From IMG/VR virus record IMGVR_UViG_3300018475_001475: a DNA stretch of 48,029 nucleotides, one strand, 5' to 3'. The DNA is from a virus (lineage: Duplodnaviria; Heunggongvirae; Uroviricota; Caudoviricetes). Position 1 is the stretch's first letter; each line of letters begins with the position of its first letter. Below the pieces are notes generated by a model, which was not told the origin of the DNA, did not search any database, and saw nothing but the letters and a program-made list of their open reading frames with translations. Position numbers and translations under genes: made by a program. This document shows, one piece after another, positions 45,358-48,029 of this stretch.

Positions 45358-45630
45358 ATGTATTATCTGCTTGTAACTGGACGCATTATCACAGAACACG
45401 ACTTACGAAGAGCATATGAGATTTGCAATGGTTGTGTTCCTGGTGTGCATCCTGGTCACTATGAAGAATGGATTCACTCTATTCACGGAATTATTCGCAG
45501 CATTCCGAGAAACGAAATCACGATTAAGCAGCTCTTAAAAGGAGACTGCAAAGTAGAGGCAATTAAATTGTATAGAAATATACACAATTGCACTCTAAGT
45601 GAAGCAAGAGATGCAATCAACAAAATGTAA
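45358..45630 (+). CDS. Early protein with ribosomal bL12 C-terminal-like motif (start MYYLL)
   Basis: KVEAIKLYRNIHNCTLSEARDAINKM. Confidence 0.6.
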   Translation: MYYLLVTGRIITEHDLRRAYEICNGCVPGVHPGHYEEWIHSIHGIIRSIPRNEITIKQLLKGDCKVEAIKLYRNIHNCTLSEARDAINKM

Positions 45631-45641
45631 GGGAGAAGTTT

Positions 45642-45830
45642 ATGGGTCCAGGAACAAAGAAACGGAAAGACAATTCCGTAAACACATACAGAAAATTTAA
45701 GCTTAAAATCCTCAAGCGAGATTTCTGTATTACAATAACGGAAGCAGAAAGTGAGTATGCCGAAACGCTTACAACGGAAACGCAAATTGACCAATTTTGC
45801 CTCGGTATGATTAATAAATACTGGGGCTAA
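45642..45830 (+). CDS. Early hypothetical protein
   Basis: GGGAG SD. Confidence 0.65.
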   Translation: MGPGTKKRKDNSVNTYRKFKLKILKRDFCITITEAESEYAETLTTETQIDQFCLGMINKYWG

Positions 45831-45834
45831 GTGA

Positions 45835-45894
45835 AACCTATAACCAGTGGGCTCAAGGGAAATCCCCCGTCCTTTGAGCCTATTATTATGGGCT
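45835..45894 (+). other. Conserved intergenic stem-loop element, copy 2
   Basis: AACCTATAACCAG-[GGGCTCAAGG..GAAA..CCTTTGAGCCT]-ATTATTATGGGCT. Confidence 0.65.
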
Positions 45895-45931
45895 TTATAA
45901 CCCAAGGCAAATAGAAAGGAGATGTCGACCT

Positions 45932-46300
45932 ATGAAATATACTGTCAATCTCAACCTAATGGAAATGGTTGGTCTTGCGAGTGCTTGTAGCCACGCCATT
46001 GACAAAGAGCATAGAAACTTCGTTCGCATTCTGAACGAAAATGGAGAAACAATAAAAGCACTTGAGCTGGCAAGAGAAAAGATACTTGTCGCTCTAAAGG
46101 AAAGCAACAACTGCATTGAGCTCGACCTAATGGAAATAGTTCAACTTTATGCCGCCTGTAACATGGCTTGGCACTATGAGTGTGACGCAAGGGAAAAACA
46201 ACACACAGAGTGCCGTCTTGCCCAATATGGTCAAGCTATCCAAGAACTAGAAAACGCAAGGGAAAAGATACTTGCAGCATTAAGAAAGGGAGGTAAATAA
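45932..46300 (+). CDS. Early protein built from two tandem helical repeats
   Basis: LNLMEMVGLASAC..LELAREKILVAL and LDLMEIVQLYAAC..LENAREKILAAL. Confidence 0.75.
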   Translation: MKYTVNLNLMEMVGLASACSHAIDKEHRNFVRILNENGETIKALELAREKILVALKESNNCIELDLMEIVQLYAACNMAWHYECDAREKQHTECRLAQYGQAIQELENAREKILAALRKGGK

Positions 46301-46302
46301 CC

Positions 46303-46458
46303 ATGAAAAAACTTATCTTAATCTTGCTTACACTTGCTGTGCTGATGTATGCAGAATACAGATACATCATGCTCAACATCACACCTAGCGTGGACAACGG
46401 AACTGTATACCTGGAAATCTTTGAACAGGTAGACGAATACGAAATGGAGGTAAAATAA
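46303..46458 (+). CDS. Small protein with N-terminal TM/signal segment, 51 aa (not in ORF track)
   Basis: GGAGG SD; MKKLILILLTLAVLMYAEYRY.. Confidence 0.7.
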   Translation: MKKLILILLTLAVLMYAEYRYIMLNITPSVDNGTVYLEIFEQVDEYEMEVK

Positions 46459-46656
46459 ATGAATCCTAGAGACTGTGGCTTTTGCTGCAACGAAAACAAA
46501 AAAAACTATCAGATCGTAATCATGCACGAAGACGGCATGACTTACTGCGTTGGTCGGCTCTACACCTTTGACGAGGTGCAGAAGGCAGCAAGAGAAATCC
46601 GTGAGCTTTATGCAAAGAATGGAATTACACATCATGTGGGCTTTAGAAAGGTGTGA
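46459..46656 (+). CDS. Early hypothetical protein
   Basis: GGAGG SD; abuts upstream stop. Confidence 0.7.
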   Translation: MNPRDCGFCCNENKKNYQIVIMHEDGMTYCVGRLYTFDEVQKAAREIRELYAKNGITHHVGFRKV

Positions 46657-46661
46657 GGCAA

Positions 46662-46943
46662 ATGGGAGCTATTACTTATGAACAATTTATAGCTTGGTGT
46701 AAGCATTGGAATTACACCGTAGAAGAAGGTTTTAAAGCCATGTGCTTTTCTGCTAATATTGTTGGTCAGTATTTTGGAAACTGCAATGATTATGCAACAG
46801 AAGTTACAAACAGCAATCATTCTGATGCGTTCAAGCGTCTGGTATCAACATTTCGAGAAGACGCTGTTCTTTTATCCACACTTTACAATAAACTAGAAAG
46901 CGAAGTATTCACCATGCTTGAAAAGAATGAAGGGAAAGTGTAA
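46662..46943 (+). CDS. Early hypothetical protein (start MGAITY)
   Basis: TGA-GGCAA-ATG junction. Confidence 0.7.
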   Translation: MGAITYEQFIAWCKHWNYTVEEGFKAMCFSANIVGQYFGNCNDYATEVTNSNHSDAFKRLVSTFREDAVLLSTLYNKLESEVFTMLEKNEGKV

Positions 46944-46948
46944 GGCAA

Positions 46949-47218
46949 ATGCTTAATCTATTGAAAGTACTTCCCGATGATGGTTGGCATCTGGTAAGCG
47001 AAAAAATGCCTGAGCCGAATACACAACTTATCATCGAGTGTGCAGAACCTTATGGTGGTGCAGCAACTTACGGAGATGACGGTAAGTGGTATTGGACATA
47101 TGATTGGCAGCGTGATATTCCTTGCGAATTTACTGTAACACGCTGGTGCTATTTAGGATATCCTGGGCCTAATGCTGAAAGTATAGCATATCTGAAAGAA
47201 AAATACGAAGAGGGATAA
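46949..47218 (+). CDS. DUF551-like protein
   Basis: GWHLVSEKMPE..VTRWCYL. Confidence 0.65.
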   Translation: MLNLLKVLPDDGWHLVSEKMPEPNTQLIIECAEPYGGAATYGDDGKWYWTYDWQRDIPCEFTVTRWCYLGYPGPNAESIAYLKEKYEEG

Positions 47219-47223
47219 GGCAA

Positions 47224-47427
47224 ATGGAAACTTATGCGATCATCGACCACAATGGAAAGGTAGTTGAATATGTAAGGGCGTACCATGAAAAACAAGCTCT
47301 TTGCATCTATCTTGCAAACCACGAAGAACTTACAGATGTTATGTTATGGATAAGTGTTTATAACAGAACATGGAAGCTCGCAGCGTATGATAAAGAAGAA
47401 GAATATCTGTCTGCAAGAAAAATATAA
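47224..47427 (+). CDS. Early hypothetical protein
   Basis: TAA-GGCAA-ATG junction. Confidence 0.7.
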   Translation: METYAIIDHNGKVVEYVRAYHEKQALCIYLANHEELTDVMLWISVYNRTWKLAAYDKEEEYLSARKI

Positions 47428-47452
47428 GATTGCTCATGAAGGAGTGACGCAA

Positions 47453-47695
47453 ATGAAAAAAGTTATTCTTGAGCTTAATTTACCAGAAGCTATGAAACTC
47501 GTTTCGGTTTGTAACGCAGCTATTGCAGTAGAAGAAGCAGCTTTGGCCTCAACACTGGAAGGTGAAGATTCCTATAAATTAAAATTGATGAGCGAAGCTT
47601 CTGCTGATACTATCAAGATGCTTAAGGCAAAAATAAAAACTGCGATTGCAGAAAGGAAAGAGTGCGATGAAAATCCATTCCATCATTCCAATTGA
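47453..47695 (+). CDS. Early protein, probable paralogue of the 45932 repeat unit (start MKKVIL)
   Basis: AAGGAG SD; LELNLPEAMKLVSVCNAAI. Confidence 0.7.
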   Translation: MKKVILELNLPEAMKLVSVCNAAIAVEEAALASTLEGEDSYKLKLMSEASADTIKMLKAKIKTAIAERKECDENPFHHSN

Positions 47696-48014
47696 AGAAA
47701 GGCAAAACCACAGATGCTATTTCTGTGGCGAAACCCGTTCAGTAAAATTCAGGACAGAAATACTGGAGCCTCCCATTATGGGAACTAAACCAACTCTGGT
47801 ATCCTGCTGTAATAGATGTATTCTGCATGATAACAAACGGAAAGCATGTAGATACCAGACCACAATTCCTGCAGTCGGTCTGTGTTGTGGAGCTTACTAC
47901 GCATCAACAACACCCGACAAACGGAAATGGATGCACTTCCCGTTCTGCGACGAACTCTACTGTCCGCTTCGGCACCCTGAGCTTTTTGATGGAGCGACGC
48001 TTGAAAGGAGATAA
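47667..48014 (+). CDS. Cys-rich early protein (start MKIHS)
   Basis: CYFCG..CCNRC..CPFCD-like Cys pairs; AAGGA SD. Confidence 0.7.
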   Translation: MKIHSIIPIEERQNHRCYFCGETRSVKFRTEILEPPIMGTKPTLVSCCNRCILHDNKRKACRYQTTIPAVGLCCGAYYASTTPDKRKWMHFPFCDELYCPLRHPELFDGATLERR

Positions 48015-48015
48015 A

Positions 48016-48029
48016 ATGATTAAACATGC
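48016..48029 (+). CDS. Start of next early gene (partial)
   Basis: AAGGAG SD then ATG ATT AAA CAT. Confidence 0.5.

Overview
About 48 kb from a large tailed phage of Firmicutes (probably a clostridial host, inferred from sigmaA promoters, SD sequences and small-gene families). Gene order follows Bacillus phage SPbeta (yonO RNAP, yonK, HU, yonJ, yonG, terminase, portal, protease/scaffold, decoration, capsid, connectors, tail tube). Positions 1-42.2 kb are transcribed leftward: a fibre/adhesin cluster (1-10.7 kb), a head-tail module with a group I intron plus HNH endonuclease in the putative tail-terminator gene (13.1-14.8 kb), a YonO-type single-subunit RNA polymerase with a wHTH/Zn-ribbon neighbour, ClpP, PhoH and HU (26-33 kb), an LRR lipoprotein and many small accessory ORFs (33-41.5 kb). 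A divergent non-coding control region (41.5-43.45 kb) is followed by rightward early genes. The most notable signals are outside the ORF track: an early leader that mimics a host rRNA-operon antitermination site (boxB-like hairpins plus boxA) behind tandem NrdR-like boxes, a 16-nt sense-strand motif at 8 intergenic sites, a near-absolute switch to the Leu codon CTA in the capsid gene (29/30, versus 0/10 in the first early gene), a TAAAA-N6-TTTTA repeat at 7 accessory-gene junctions, five Mtd_N-type fibre genes with a recurring C-terminal DGG peptide, and two DUF285/BspA LRR paralogues (one virion-type, one lipoprotein). I saw no tRNA, CRISPR array, integrase, lysin, tape measure or reverse transcriptase. 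All family calls come from motif recognition by eye; no database search was run.
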